A stretch of DNA of 64,000 bases. It comes from Octopus sinensis. Lineage: Eukaryota. Below are positions 38,530-50,049 of the stretch, in pieces. The stretch covers positions 70,184,001 to 70,248,000 of the forward strand of contig NC_043000.1 in the NCBI RefSeq assembly GCF_006345805.1, read 5' to 3'. The position numbers and the translations under genes are program-made. The stretch's first letter is position 1, and each line of letters starts with the position of its first letter. A model generated the notes under the pieces. The model was not told where the DNA came from and made no database searches. It saw nothing but the letters and a program-made list of their open reading frames with translations.

Positions 38530-39885
38530 AGGGGTCTGGGTTCAGTTTAAAAGCAGGGTCGCCTGCTCGGCTATTTCAGGTTGCTTGATTTAGATGTGAA
38601 CCTCATTAGTGAGACGAAAATTTCCGGGAAGCATACTTCAACATCCATTTTCGAAAACAACGAGATATTATCATCTTGTAGTCTGTCGGAAGCAGGTGGC
38701 GGTGTAGCAGTATTTTCCGAAAATCCTTAGGTTTCAAAGTACGAGCAATCGTCTTGGAAACGAACGATAAGTTAGTGATTCTAAACTTGAATGGTAACGA
38801 AGGTGATGCTTTTACCCAGGTAGTCGGGAAGGTAAACTGGAACGCTAGATTTTTTCAGGCCTCTAGAAACATTCCTGAGAATGACTTGCACTTTAGCACT
38901 AATTGTAGACTGGAATAGTATTTTGGACGAATGGAAGGACGTGAGGTTAGTATATAGCAAAATGACGTGTAAAAGCCTCGAAAGCTTGCTCAGAAACTTC
39001 CATCTATTTGAAAGGAATCGATTGGATGTCCTTGATATTCCAGTGTGAAAATAGAGCAAACACAACGGACCATCCAGATCGTATCTTGGTAAAGTATTTG
39101 ATAAGTCAGCAGATAGGGATAGCGTAGGTTGTCCACAATTCAAATTGGTCGGCTACACAGACCAGAGACCTGGACAGCCTGCAGCGGCTCTCGGCAGCGG
39201 ACACGAGTTCAGTTGAAAGCCGATAACGACAAATTTGTCCGAGTTGCGCACAGAGCGACGGAACCATTCTGCATGCACTCATTCAGTGTCCAGGAATTGC
39301 TGACTTGCGTAGTTATGTCGAACAGCTGCCCACTTTTAATCGGTTTTCCTTTGTCTAGTGGCTGTGACGAAAAAGATTGTCTGATGGACGAGGTTGGAAG
39401 GCATAGGGATAGAGACACATTGATAAAGCACTCGTCCACTTTTTCAAGTTTCACATGGAAAGGAATGTGAGGGTGGAGATGGCGGTACTGTCCTCGAGTG
39501 AATTTATTGAAAGGTAGGTGACAGTTGCGAAAATGGCAAGAGTGGATGGTACCGCTCTAAATGTAAATCTGAGTTGGAGAAGAGGAATTGGAGAGGGTAC
39601 TTGCCCTGGATGTTCAGAGAGATCTTGGACAGTGAGGTTCCTCGATCGTTCCTAGACGTTCTCTTGTATCATGAGGACCCTTACCACCCTCTTTTTCCTT
39701 CTTTCTTTTTATTGTTGTATACTATGTATGCTTCCCTTCTTTGTTTTATTATGCACGGTATATACTATATATATGTATATGCATATTATTTTTTATCTTA
39801 TTATAAGTAAACCCTAACAGTTTATGTCTGTCTTTGTATTGTCCCCTTCATACTTCACCCTGGTGGCAAATTAAAAAAAATTCAT
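38530..39885 (+). mobile_element. L1/Tx1-like LINE with APE and C-terminal knuckle but no RT
   Basis: DVNLISETK, GGGVAVF, IVDWNSILD, SYLGKVF...GYTDQ (APE), then CPSCAQSDGTILHALIQC, then 3' UTR ending in A-run and (ATC)n. Confidence 0.75.
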
Positions 39886-40371
39886 TATCATCATCATCAT
39901 CATCATTATCATCTACCGTTCCTGGGAGTTAGGCGCAGCTTTCACACAGAAAACTTTTACAGAAAATCAATCTTTTCGACACCTAAAAGTTTAAACATTA
40001 AAAAAGTAAATAGTATAATTGGATACTGAATAAGACCAGCTGAGTCTTGAGGAGTCTAATTTTATCGTATGATTTCCCCTCCGAGACAATCTGCGAGTTT
40101 TTAGTATTGAATTTGTGCTGGGTTAATTTTTAAGGCAAAATTTTATAAATGCCATCAACAGCCCGATAACAAACATAGTTCAACACAAAATTGCATAGCA
40201 AAGAGGAAAGAGAAGAGAACGTAAAATATGGAGGGAGAAGGAAGAAAAGAAAAAGAACAAGTGAAAAGGAAAGCGTTCTTCGCTTCTAAGCCAGTAAAGC
40301 TAAAGATAATTTATATGGAGATAAACTTCAAAAAACTACAAAAGCATCGGCAATAATAACAATAACGTAAG

Positions 40372-40560
40372 TAATGGCGGTTTCAAAATTTGGCAGAAGG
40401 CCAGCAATTTCGGGGGAAGGAGCAAGTCGATTGCATCGACCACAATGCTCAACTGGTATTTATTTTATCGACCTCAAAAGGCTGGAGGATAAAGTCGACC
40501 CCGATGACATTTGAACTCAGAACATAAAGACAAAAGAAATACCGATAAACATTTTGTCAG
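40372..40560 (-). mobile_element. SINE family C
   Basis: AGTCGATTGCATCGACC...CTGGTATTTATTTTATCGACC...AAAGTCGACC...TTTGAACTCAGAAC. Confidence 0.75.
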
Positions 40561-41319
40561 CTAGGTACCTTAGTAACAATAGTAAGAATAACACAAGCAA
40601 TTAGAACAGTACCAAGATGAACAAGAATGGAAAAGCTAACAGGACATATATTTATTCAATTTTATTCAACGAAGACTTCCTTCTTTTCACACAAACCTAG
40701 CCAAGTATCTGCAACAGTTCCAGCATAGTTAGCAATGTAACTTGGATAGGGAAGGCTTTCTCCATTATAACAACCACCACAACTAACTGAGAACACATCG
40801 CCAACCACACGCACAAAATACCACTGTTATCAACTACAGCAACGACTACAACAAAGCCAATAGAGCAACAGCAATAAACACAGCTGCAGCAGCTGCTGCA
40901 GAAGCATGATAAACAATAACAGCAGCAACTGTAGCAGTCATAAGGACAACTACAGTAACAAAAACCGAATCAACTACTATAAAGGCAGCAATAACAACAA
41001 AAACTAGAAAGGCAACACTACCACCAACAACAACAATAGTAACATAAGCAGCAAAAATCCCCGAAGCAACAACAAACTCTGATAACAAATCCATCGAAAA
41101 GAAATCCACTCGCAATGCTTTTACTATCTACAGCAAAACACAGGCATGAGTGCTGTTCAATGAGGCAGTAGTTATTCTCTAAGAATACAATGTACACACA
41201 CACACACACACGCACACACGCACAAATCCACAACTCTACAATTCTACAATAAAAGAAATAGCTTAAACACAAATCACAGATACAACTACAATCACACAAA
41301 AAAGGACATACAAATTCTA

Positions 41320-41590
41320 CGGTTCTATATTTAAGAGATGAGGAATTATGTACATCATCTACAATTGACGGATATTTGTCTGCATCTTGTTGTTAACACA
41401 ACGTTTCGGCTGATATAACCTCCATCAGGTGTCTTGGGGAAATTTCGAACCTGAGTTCTCATTCCTAAGGTATTTTTCAATGTTATAATTATTATTGTTA
41501 TTATTATTCAGGTCACTGCCTGGAATCAAACTCGGAATCTTGGGGTTAGTAGCCCACGCTCTTAACCACTAAGCCATATGTCCGTGTGCA
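41320..41590 (-). mobile_element. tRNA-headed short element carrying a hammerhead motif
   Basis: A-box TGGCTTAGTGG (41566-41576), GGG-CTACTAA-CCC anticodon-like arm, B-box GAGTTTGATTCC (41522-41533), short (TAA)n, then HHR motif. Confidence 0.75.
41395..41433 (-). ncRNA. Minimal (dimer-type) hammerhead, damaged in core/stem II
   Basis: GACAC-CTGATG(G)...CAGCC-GAAAC-GTT-GTGTT; stem I 5 bp, palindromic AACGTT; the GGCTG partner of CAGCC is absent (deletion inferred). Confidence 0.55.
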
Positions 41591-41791
41591 ATTATGGAGT
41601 GAATTTTAGGGCTTATAAATCTAGTATTCTCCTATCCTGCCTTAATACTGGTTCCCATATGCTGTTCATATCTGCACTCGGGTCTGCTAGCATATGTGCT
41701 GCTTCTCTTAGTTTTCGTATTTTCATCCCTGTGGCATGAAGTTGTATATATATATATGTATGTATAAATATATATATTATATATATATATC

Positions 41792-41826
<35 letters not shown>

Positions 41827-41842
41827 GTAAGTATATATATAT

Positions 41843-41921
<79 letters not shown>

Positions 41922-42116
41922 CATACAAATATATATGTATATATATATATAAACAACTTATATATAAGGGCTAAAGAAAGTTGTTTATAATTTTAACCGT
42001 AAAAGTATTTTAATATGCTGCCACATTTTTTGATGGAATTTTTTTTCTGTAAAAAGAAATTCATCCTATATTAGTAGTCATATATATATATATATATATA
42101 ATATATATATATATAC

Positions 42117-42367
42117 GACGGGCTTCTTTCAGTTTCCGTCTACCAAATCTACGCACAAGGTTTTGGTCGGCCCAAAGCTACAGCAGAAGACACTTGCTGA
42201 AGGTGCCATGCAGTGGGACTGAACGCAGAACTATGTGGTTGGTAAGAAGCTTGCTTCCCAACCACATGGTTCCAGGTTTAGTCGCACTACGTGGTACCTT
42301 GGGCAAGTGTTTTCAACTATAGCCTCGGGCTATATTGAATTTGGCCCGAGTGGAAAGAAGACTGTCG

Positions 42368-42368
<1 letters not shown>
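42117..42368. mobile_element. Two partial SINE-A copies fused head-to-head
   Basis: Minus copy runs to ...ATGTGGTTGGTAAGAAGC; plus copy continues GTAAGAAGCTTGCTTCCCAACCACATGGTTCC... Confidence 0.75.
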
Positions 42369-42403
<35 letters not shown>

Positions 42404-42431
42404 CGTGTGTGTGTGTATGTATACATGTATG

Positions 42432-42473
<42 letters not shown>

Positions 42474-42481
42474 AATGAGCC

Positions 42482-43055
42482 AATATTCGATTGGATATTC
42501 ATATAGATATTATTATCATTAGCATTAAATATATAAATAATTAATAATAATAATAACAATAATATTAGTGGCAAGCAAGCAATAATGCCGTTATATGGCA
42601 AATCAATAAAATTTTATAATTGATAGATAATTATAATAGACGGTACACGAAGTACCAGCTTGCTAGAAATAAGAGTTAAAATACTCAAAAAGCCACCAAG
42701 CTCATTGAAAATCATAACAGACTAACAGAAATCGGACGAACGAGTAGGGATAGTTTAACATTTTAACGCAGCTGAAAGCTATATAATTTGGTAATAGATA
42801 TACCTGTATCATGATTTCGAATTCTGGGTTACTTCTCAATTCTCTTCAGCAGGTCTTACTAAATACCTAGTGTTAAAATCCTACTTGCCTTGTTTTATCC
42901 GTCAAGCGTTGAACTCAAAACAATTTCAGAGCCAAATTCAAAACAAATTCAGTGTATAAATTTAAGATAAATGACTAAATATTCGAATGAATATTAATAC
43001 AGATATTATTATTACGATTACCATTAGCAGTAAATATATAAATATTTATTAACAA
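42482..43055 (-). repeat. HHR-containing unit bounded by diverged direct repeats, period 496 bp
   Basis: AATATTCGA.TG.ATATT.ATA.AGATATTATTAT...CATTAGCA.TAAATATATAAATA at 42482 and 42978. Confidence 0.8.
42802..42854 (-). ncRNA. Type I hammerhead ribozyme, fully canonical
   Basis: ACCTG-CTGAAGA-GAATT...AATTC-GAAA-TCATGA-TA-CAGGT: 5-bp stems I and II, G10.1-C11.1, palindromic ATCATGAT, AUA triplet. Confidence 0.85.
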
Positions 43056-43086
43056 CAACAACAACACAACAACAACAACAACAACA

Positions 43087-43110
43087 ATAATAATAATAAT
43101 AATAATAATA

Positions 43111-43152
<42 letters not shown>

Positions 43153-43154
43153 TG

Positions 43155-43201
<47 letters not shown>

Positions 43202-43220
43202 TAATAATAATAATAATAAT
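43087..43220. repeat. (TAA)n microsatellite
   Basis: Direct reading. Confidence 0.95.
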
Positions 43221-43778
43221 AAATGCCCTGATGCAGTACCAGGCAGTGGCTCTCATGGCTTCTGATCTTAACTGATTGGAAGTGTTATCATGTACATTGT
43301 TTTGTCTTGGTATAAAAGATGGGCTACAGCAAATATTCTGCTCAATACCACAGATTTGCTTGTCAGTTGTTTGACCTTAACCAGTTGAGCATGTCCCTTA
43401 GTGGCTGACGATATGTGCATCTCTGATCACGAGCAGAAGTAGTGGGGGAGCATCATAGCCATGTGTTGAGAGGGATTCTCTGGGGTTTGAATAATTCACC
43501 TCTGGAAACAAGGGTGGTTCTTTCAATATCCTTAAACAGCCCTTATTCAGGGACCGTTTGAGCGGGATGGGCTACTCAACCTGAAGAAAATTCTAACTGG
43601 GCCCAACCTGCAAGGTCATGTGCTGTTTATCTTGATATGAGATCACCATGTCGTGCACATATGGTTGTGATGCATGTGCCTGGTGTACCCTTATCAGACG
43701 GGTAGTCATGATGGGTATATTGGGCTTCGTATATTTTACCCCAGTGTCACTTTGATGGCATGAACTGCTCTCTCACTC
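43221..43778. mobile_element. ~560-bp non-coding insert flanked on both sides by (TAA)n
   Basis: Complex, GC-richer sequence AAATGCCCTGATGCAG...CTCTCACTC with sharp borders into (TAA)n; no long ORF. Confidence 0.55.
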
Positions 43779-43788
43779 AATAATAATG

Positions 43789-43840
<52 letters not shown>

Positions 43841-43848
43841 TGATGATG

Positions 43849-43909
<61 letters not shown>

Positions 43910-44051
43910 TGATGATGATGATGATGATGATGATAATGATGAGAAGAAGAAGAAGAAGAAGAAGAAGAAGAAGAAGAAGAAGAAGAAGAAGAAGAAGAAG
44001 AAGAAGAAGAAGAAGAAGAAGAAGAAGAAGAAGAAGAAGAAGAAGAAGAAG
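43779..44051. repeat. (TAA)n(TGA)n(GAA)n compound microsatellite
   Basis: Direct reading. Confidence 0.95.
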
Positions 44052-45296
44052 AGACGACATTAAAACTAATGACGACATGACAGATGAACAAAAGGCAATC
44101 TACGGCTGAATAAAGGCAAGACTACAGGAGAGCGATAGCAACATTATTTGCAACCTTAAAAACGATGATTGATGGAAATTGAACCAAGAAACGAAAAATG
44201 TCAATGAAATTCTGAAATACATCAGAACAGACAACATCACAGAAACAAATAATTTGATCAAGGCAGGAAATATTGTTGTAGCAGAAAACGTGGGTGTTGA
44301 TGTCAAGAAAAAGAAACATAATATAATGGAGTGACAAAAGAAAAGATCCATGGTGGAATAGAAGAATCTAGGCAGGGTTAGACATACTCTCGAAGGAAAT
44401 CTCTGTGTTAGACCGAAAAGAGAAAGGCGAGCAGAAATACAAGGCGCTGAAAAGGAAGTATAATATTGACAGAAAGGGGATGAAAGTAGTAATGGAGGAA
44501 CTGAAACAGCACCTCGTTGCAAAGAAAGCAAATATGGTAAGATACGACCAAAAAATGAAGGGTTACCACCAGAATAGGTTATCCAGAGGAGATCACAAGC
44601 GTTTCTATAAAGAAATAAATGAAGAGTGTACAGGTGAAAAGCTGATACCAGATAACATTGAAAGTCAAATGTTTTGGAGTTACATCTGAAGCAAAGACAA
44701 GGAGCAAAAGAAGGATGCTGAATGGTTGCAAGAACTGCATCAAAAGTTTTGGTGAATTTCATGCACGAATGGCTGCGCAACTAAACACCTTGTTAAATGC
44801 AGACCAAATAACACCAGAGTGGTTGACATTGGGTCGGACAGTGCTGTGCCTGAAAAACATTGGAAAAAGCAATATGGTAGACAATTACAGGCCGATATCC
44901 TGTTTGCCCCTTATGTGGAAGTTATTGACTGGAATATTCCCAGAGTCAATGTACGAACATCTGGTAAAAAATGGAGTCCTGCCACATAAGCAGAAGGGTT
45001 GCAATCGCAGAGATACCAAGGATCAACTATTGGTAGACAAAACTGTACTTAGAGACTGCAAGAGGGGGAAAAGTAACTTAGCCATGTCATGGATCGACTA
45101 TTTTGGATTATGGAGTATGAACCTATTTGATATTGCAACGAATCTTGAGCGATTGCTTGGAAAAAGTATGGCGAATTGGAGGACGGACCTGACAGCATAC
45201 GGAAGAAGTTTAGGGACAGTAGAAATTAGGAGGGGCATCTTCCAAGGGGACTGCGTGCCCCCACTGATCTTTTTACTGTGCTTCATACCACTAATA
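44052..45296 (+). mobile_element. R4/Dong-like RLE LINE (copy D), truncated at both ends
   Basis: [27 protein letters not shown]...[19 protein letters not shown]...KDQLLVDK...[15 protein letters not shown]. Confidence 0.9.
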
Positions 45297-45738
45297 ACCA
45301 TTTCCCCGTCCGTCGACGAATTTTTTTCTTCATATTTGTTTACTACACATTATTCTACACCTAGTACACTATTTTTTTTTCAATTTTATTGACGTGGGGT
45401 AGGTGTGGTGCGGACTCGGATATTTCACACGATCTAGTAACTCGGGTCAAAAAGTCGATGTCTGAATTTTCCGAGTCCTCTCCTCCGCCTCCCCCGTTCG
45501 CCAGCGCGCATTTTTCCCATATTCGTTTATTACATGTTGTTTTACACCTATTACACTCTTTATTTTTCATTTTTGTGACCGGGTGTCGAAGTGGGGTTAC
45601 TGGATCGTGTGAATTATCCGAGTCCACGCCCCACCCACACCCGTACAAGAATTGAAAAACGAATAGTGTACTAGGTGTAAAATAATGTGTAGTAAACGAA
45701 TATGAGGAAAAAAATTCGCCAACGGACGGGAAAATGGT
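45297..45738. mobile_element. MITE with ~155-bp TIRs
   Basis: ACCATTTCCCCGTCCGTCGACGAATTTTTT... mirrors ...AAAAAATTCGCCAACGGACGGGAAAATGGT. Confidence 0.8.
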
Positions 45739-45894
45739 GAGAGGACTGGGAACATTCTCGATGTGAATGCTTCAAGACCCCTCCCCCGCCTCCTGCTCGC
45801 CAGCGCGCATTTTTTTCATATTCGTTTACTACATGTTGTTCTACACTTATTGCACTATTGTTTTGTTTTTTGTTTTTTCGCTCGGGTCAAACAC

Positions 45895-46069
45895 TTTAGT
45901 TTGACCAAAAAAGTTCGTCAATATTCAGAGGAATATTTAAAATTTAGATTTACACCCGCTATCCACGATAAACTGTCACCGAGTTATGGGCGAAAAATAT
46001 CACAAGGGGGCATCAGGATTTTAGACATCATTCGGTGGGGCATGGTCAAAAATCGGTTGGAAATCACTG
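45895..46069 (+). mobile_element. hAT (Charlie/Buster-type) remnant: transposase N-terminus joined to the right end
   Basis: KKVRQYSEEYLKFRF peptide; right end GGTTGGAAATCACTG followed by CTCTAGAT, a Charlie-type 8-bp target. Confidence 0.65.
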
Positions 46070-46276
46070 CTCTAGATAGTATGTTAAACTCCGCTCGTTT
46101 GCCCGATTTCTGTTGGTCCGATGCATATTTTCAATGAGATTGATGATTAAGTTGGGGGTTTTTACTCCCACTTTTTAGCAAGCTGCTGTTTCTTGTACCC
46201 TCTAATATAATTATGAATATGTGCGTGTGTGCGTGTGTGTATGTATATATATACACACTCATACATGCATACATAG

Positions 46277-46585
46277 TGAATCCGCGTGGCTTAGTGGCTA
46301 GGGTATTCGGCACGCGATCGTAGGGTCACGAGTTCGATTCCCAGCGGTGCGTTTTGTCCTTGAGCAAGACACTTTATTTCACTGAGCTGGCAAAAATGAG
46401 TAGTACCTGTAATTCAAGGGGCCAGCCTTGTCACTCTCTGTGTCACGCTGAATCTCCCAGAGAAGTGTGTAAAGGGTACGCGTGTCTGTGGAGTGCTCAG
46501 CTATTTGCATGTTAATCTCAACAGCAAGATGTTCCGTTGATCGGATCAAATGGAACCCGCGTCGTCGTAGGCGACGGACTGCCAA

Positions 46586-46586
<1 letters not shown>
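46277..46586 (+). mobile_element. tRNA-derived SINE family B
   Basis: TGGCTTAGTGG A-box, GAGTTCGATTCC B-box; colinear with 9447-9775. Confidence 0.85.
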
Positions 46587-46654
<68 letters not shown>

Positions 46655-46833
46655 TGTGTGTATGTGTGTGTGTGTGTGCGTGTTTATATAAATATATATA
46701 TATACAAATACAGTGTACATTTAAACACACAAGAGGATCCATCATAGGATTCCTTGCACGCTATATATATATATATATTATATATATATATATATTATAT
46801 ATATATATATATAATATATATATATATATATTA

Positions 46834-47000
46834 TATATAGAGGGCATTATACATACATATATAAATAATGCCCTCTATATATAAATTAATATGTTCAATA
46901 AGATATAATTATTTTCGAAATTTTTTCTCTTATGAGGTTTTTACGCTATCTACCTGACAATTTCTTGTAAGTTTTCCTTATTAAGTAGTTGTCCTTAATT
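46834..47000. mobile_element. Family F1 fragment with a mini fold-back (46834-46880)
   Basis: TAGAGGGCATTAT...ATAATGCCCTCTA, then TTATGAGGTTTT.ACGCTA...CCTTAATTG matching 16150-16240. Confidence 0.7.
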
Positions 47001-47001
47001 G

Positions 47002-47038
<37 letters not shown>

Positions 47039-47350
47039 GCCACACAAAAGGCCACCAGTCCTGTTACCATGCAGCTGAATTCTTCCTACAACATTAAGAG
47101 ACACAAAGGTCACTCACGCATGCAGGTATAAACAGCCAACCCCACACAAACACCACACGCACAACACACACACATGCTATTACACACACACAGACTTGCG
47201 CGCAAGCACATACCCACACATACACACAGACACCTCCTTCTTTTACACTTTCCTGTCTTTAGAAAGAACTTTTTTTTCACCCATTCCCTTCGGGTCATTT
47301 CAAAATTTTTACCGCCGCCTTCCTTTCTTTCCTGGACTTACCTCCGTTTC

Positions 47351-47389
47351 CTGTTTCTGATGTAGAGCTTTGCTCGAAACGTAAAAACT
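47351..47389 (+). ncRNA. Minimal hammerhead-like motif (A9>U)
   Basis: GTTT-CTGATGT-A-GAGC ttt GCTC-GAAAC-GTA-AAAAC. Confidence 0.45.
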
Positions 47390-47503
47390 ACTTTTCTTTC
47401 CTCCCCAGAGCATCTGCTAATACTTTGTATGTACCACGTCCTCGCGTTATTGTATTTTCTTGTGTTTTTCTTCGTTTTTTTTTTACTATATATATATATA
47501 TAC

Positions 47504-47650
47504 GACTGGGTACTTTCAGTTTCTGTATACAAAATCCACATACAAGGCTTTGGTCGACCCGGGTTATATTGTAAGACATTTTCCTAAGATGCTACGCAGT
47601 GGCACTAAACTCGAGACCATGTGGTTGGGAAACAAATTTCTTACCACACT
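47504..47650 (-). mobile_element. SINE family A, partial
   Basis: CTTTCAGTTTCTGTATAC...AAGGCTTTGGTCGACCCG...ACCATGTGGTTG. Confidence 0.7.
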
Positions 47651-48403
47651 GTGAAGAATTTAAATATACCAAACACTGATTGGTTGACATAGAATAACCA
47701 GACTTATATAATCTGAATCTTCACACACACACTATTTTCCATTTTTCTATTAAAGATAGATTTATAAATTATCGTAACAATATGCTTAAGATAAACTATT
47801 CACGTAGTAAAGAGCCCCATCAACAATTTTAATTTCAGTAGCTTTTCCAGCAACTGTAATATTGATCCTCCATTACTTGTTGCTGCATTAACTTGCTGAA
47901 GTGCCTAGGTACGAATTGAATCATTCTTAATGCGACTGATTTCCTTAATCTTTGGTGGCATTATATATGTCCTTAAGAACAAGGTAGAAATAAGAGTATA
48001 CAGATGCTAGTTTCCCTGCAAAGAACTCAGTATTTGTAAGTATTTTAAAATACTTCGAATTTCTAGTCTCCAATTTTGGAAGCATTGCTCCATACCATAA
48101 TATCCGATAAAAATTAGATCCGGTTCTTTCCATTACCAGGAATGTGTGACATCGAGTTTTCTGTACAGGTAAATCATTTATAGTAATTTTGATCGTTTTT
48201 GTTCACCATATTTGACACATTCATTTAATACTGAAATTGCTTCACAAAACGTATTTTCTTCAAAGTTTTTATTATTATCATTAGCGAGACGCTTGGAAAC
48301 CCCTCCGTCAAGAACCTTCTTGATAATGTTTATTCTGGTAATTTGAATTTTTTTAAAATCTTGATCGTACAAAAATAAGCTAAAATAATGTGTGTGTGTG
48401 AGT

Positions 48404-48498
<95 letters not shown>

Positions 48499-49018
48499 GT
48501 ATATATGGAATAAAAATAAAACTAGATTCGAATGAAAACACAATTATCAAACTTTAATGAATTTTCAGATATTTATTCATACCAAGACCTGACCTCTCAG
48601 CACACAACATTATTTCTCTTTTCCATGCATATCACTTTCCACTTTTCTAACCAGGACATCTGAAAACATACGAGCTCTTGTGAATGTGATGTACAACTGT
48701 CCTTGGTTGGATATTGGTTCAGACAGAAAAATTCGACTGTAGTTGAAATGCGTCTGACGAGATCTTAGTCTCCAACCACATAATACTGCAATCGTGATTA
48801 GCTTTATCGGCGCTGTCTTATTCTTGTAACAATGTTGCTGATTGACTAAACCTTTGACTTCTACTAAACTAGAGAATGCAAGAAATAATAGAAAATCTTT
48901 GGATTTTACAGTCTAATGTGCAACCTTTATCAATGAGGAAAATGAGTTTCATTGTATGTGTGTGTGTGCGTGTTTCTATGTCTGTGTCTCTATGTGTTTG
49001 TTTGTGCGTGTGTACATA

Positions 49019-49054
<36 letters not shown>

Positions 49055-49120
49055 GGTCCCGGGTTGGTCCGGGGTTAACCACAGTAAGTAAGGTACTCAA
49101 TACATAGCAGAGTAAAATTA

Positions 49121-49236
49121 ATTTATTATATAGAAGGAGCTTCTACAGGACTAGTACTGTTTCATTCAAGAGAAATCTTCAGGAAGATTTCTCTTGAATG
49201 AAACAGTACTAGTCCTGTAGAAGCTCCTTCTATATA

Positions 49237-49242
<6 letters not shown>
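49121..49242. repeat. Perfect palindrome, 60-bp arms, 2-nt spacer
   Basis: 49121-49180 equals the reverse complement of 49183-49242. Confidence 0.95.
49143..49183 (-). ncRNA. Hammerhead core lacking a stem I 5' strand
   Basis: CTGAAGA-T-TTC tctt GAA-T-GAAAC-AGTACTA-GTC; core starts at the palindrome centre. Confidence 0.45.
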
Positions 49243-49289
<47 letters not shown>

Positions 49290-49989
49290 ACGAAATATCG
49301 TATATGAATTAAGTTGTCCTCAGCGTTTTGTACGATCAACATAAAGTTGGATGTATAAGCGACTAAACGTCTCTCCCGGTAATTTAAGCACGACAAACGA
49401 ACACGGAACTGAGCTAAGTATGGCGGAACAAAAAACAAAACTGTAATAACACAAGTAGAATTATAAGATAATTATAAAATAATAAATCATTGGGTACACG
49501 CAAAACAGCGAGAATCCAATACAATAACGTATCCATTCATAATACGTTCATAATAGGTTGTCGTAAATTCGAACGGGAATATACCTATCGTTGTTGTATT
49601 TCGTCTTCCAAGAACATCTCCTCCTTTTCAAGATTTACCACGACGTCGAAACACTGCACTGGCTCAAAGTTCTCTTACGTCAATGAATCGTGTATGTCAT
49701 GAGTGTATATTGTCTAATCGGAGATCTCCAAAGACGTAAAACAACAGTGATTAATTAAATATTCACAATCGAATCTCCTAGAACATACTAAAAATGAACA
49801 GCTACATTAATGTTTAGATTCTTGCTATTTTGCGTGTTCCCATGACTTATTATCGGTTTGGCAGACATCAGCATGCAACAGTAAATGACTTGCTTGCTGA
49901 TCTCTTGTAAACAAGATCCACGACTCTCGTTCAGATTCATTGGTCGGGAGTAGCTTTGATCGAAACGATTACAGAATGATGTCTCAAAG

Positions 49990-50014
49990 TGTTTGTGTGT
50001 GTGTGTGTGTGTGT

Positions 50015-50049
<35 letters not shown>

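Noticed and set aside
40820-41110. Ala/Val-rich ORF 40846-41115
   Set aside because: Decayed (CAA/CAG) trinucleotide low-complexity sequence
41513-41582. Functional tRNA gene
   Set aside because: Acceptor and anticodon stems are imperfect and it is embedded in a repeat, so treated as a SINE head
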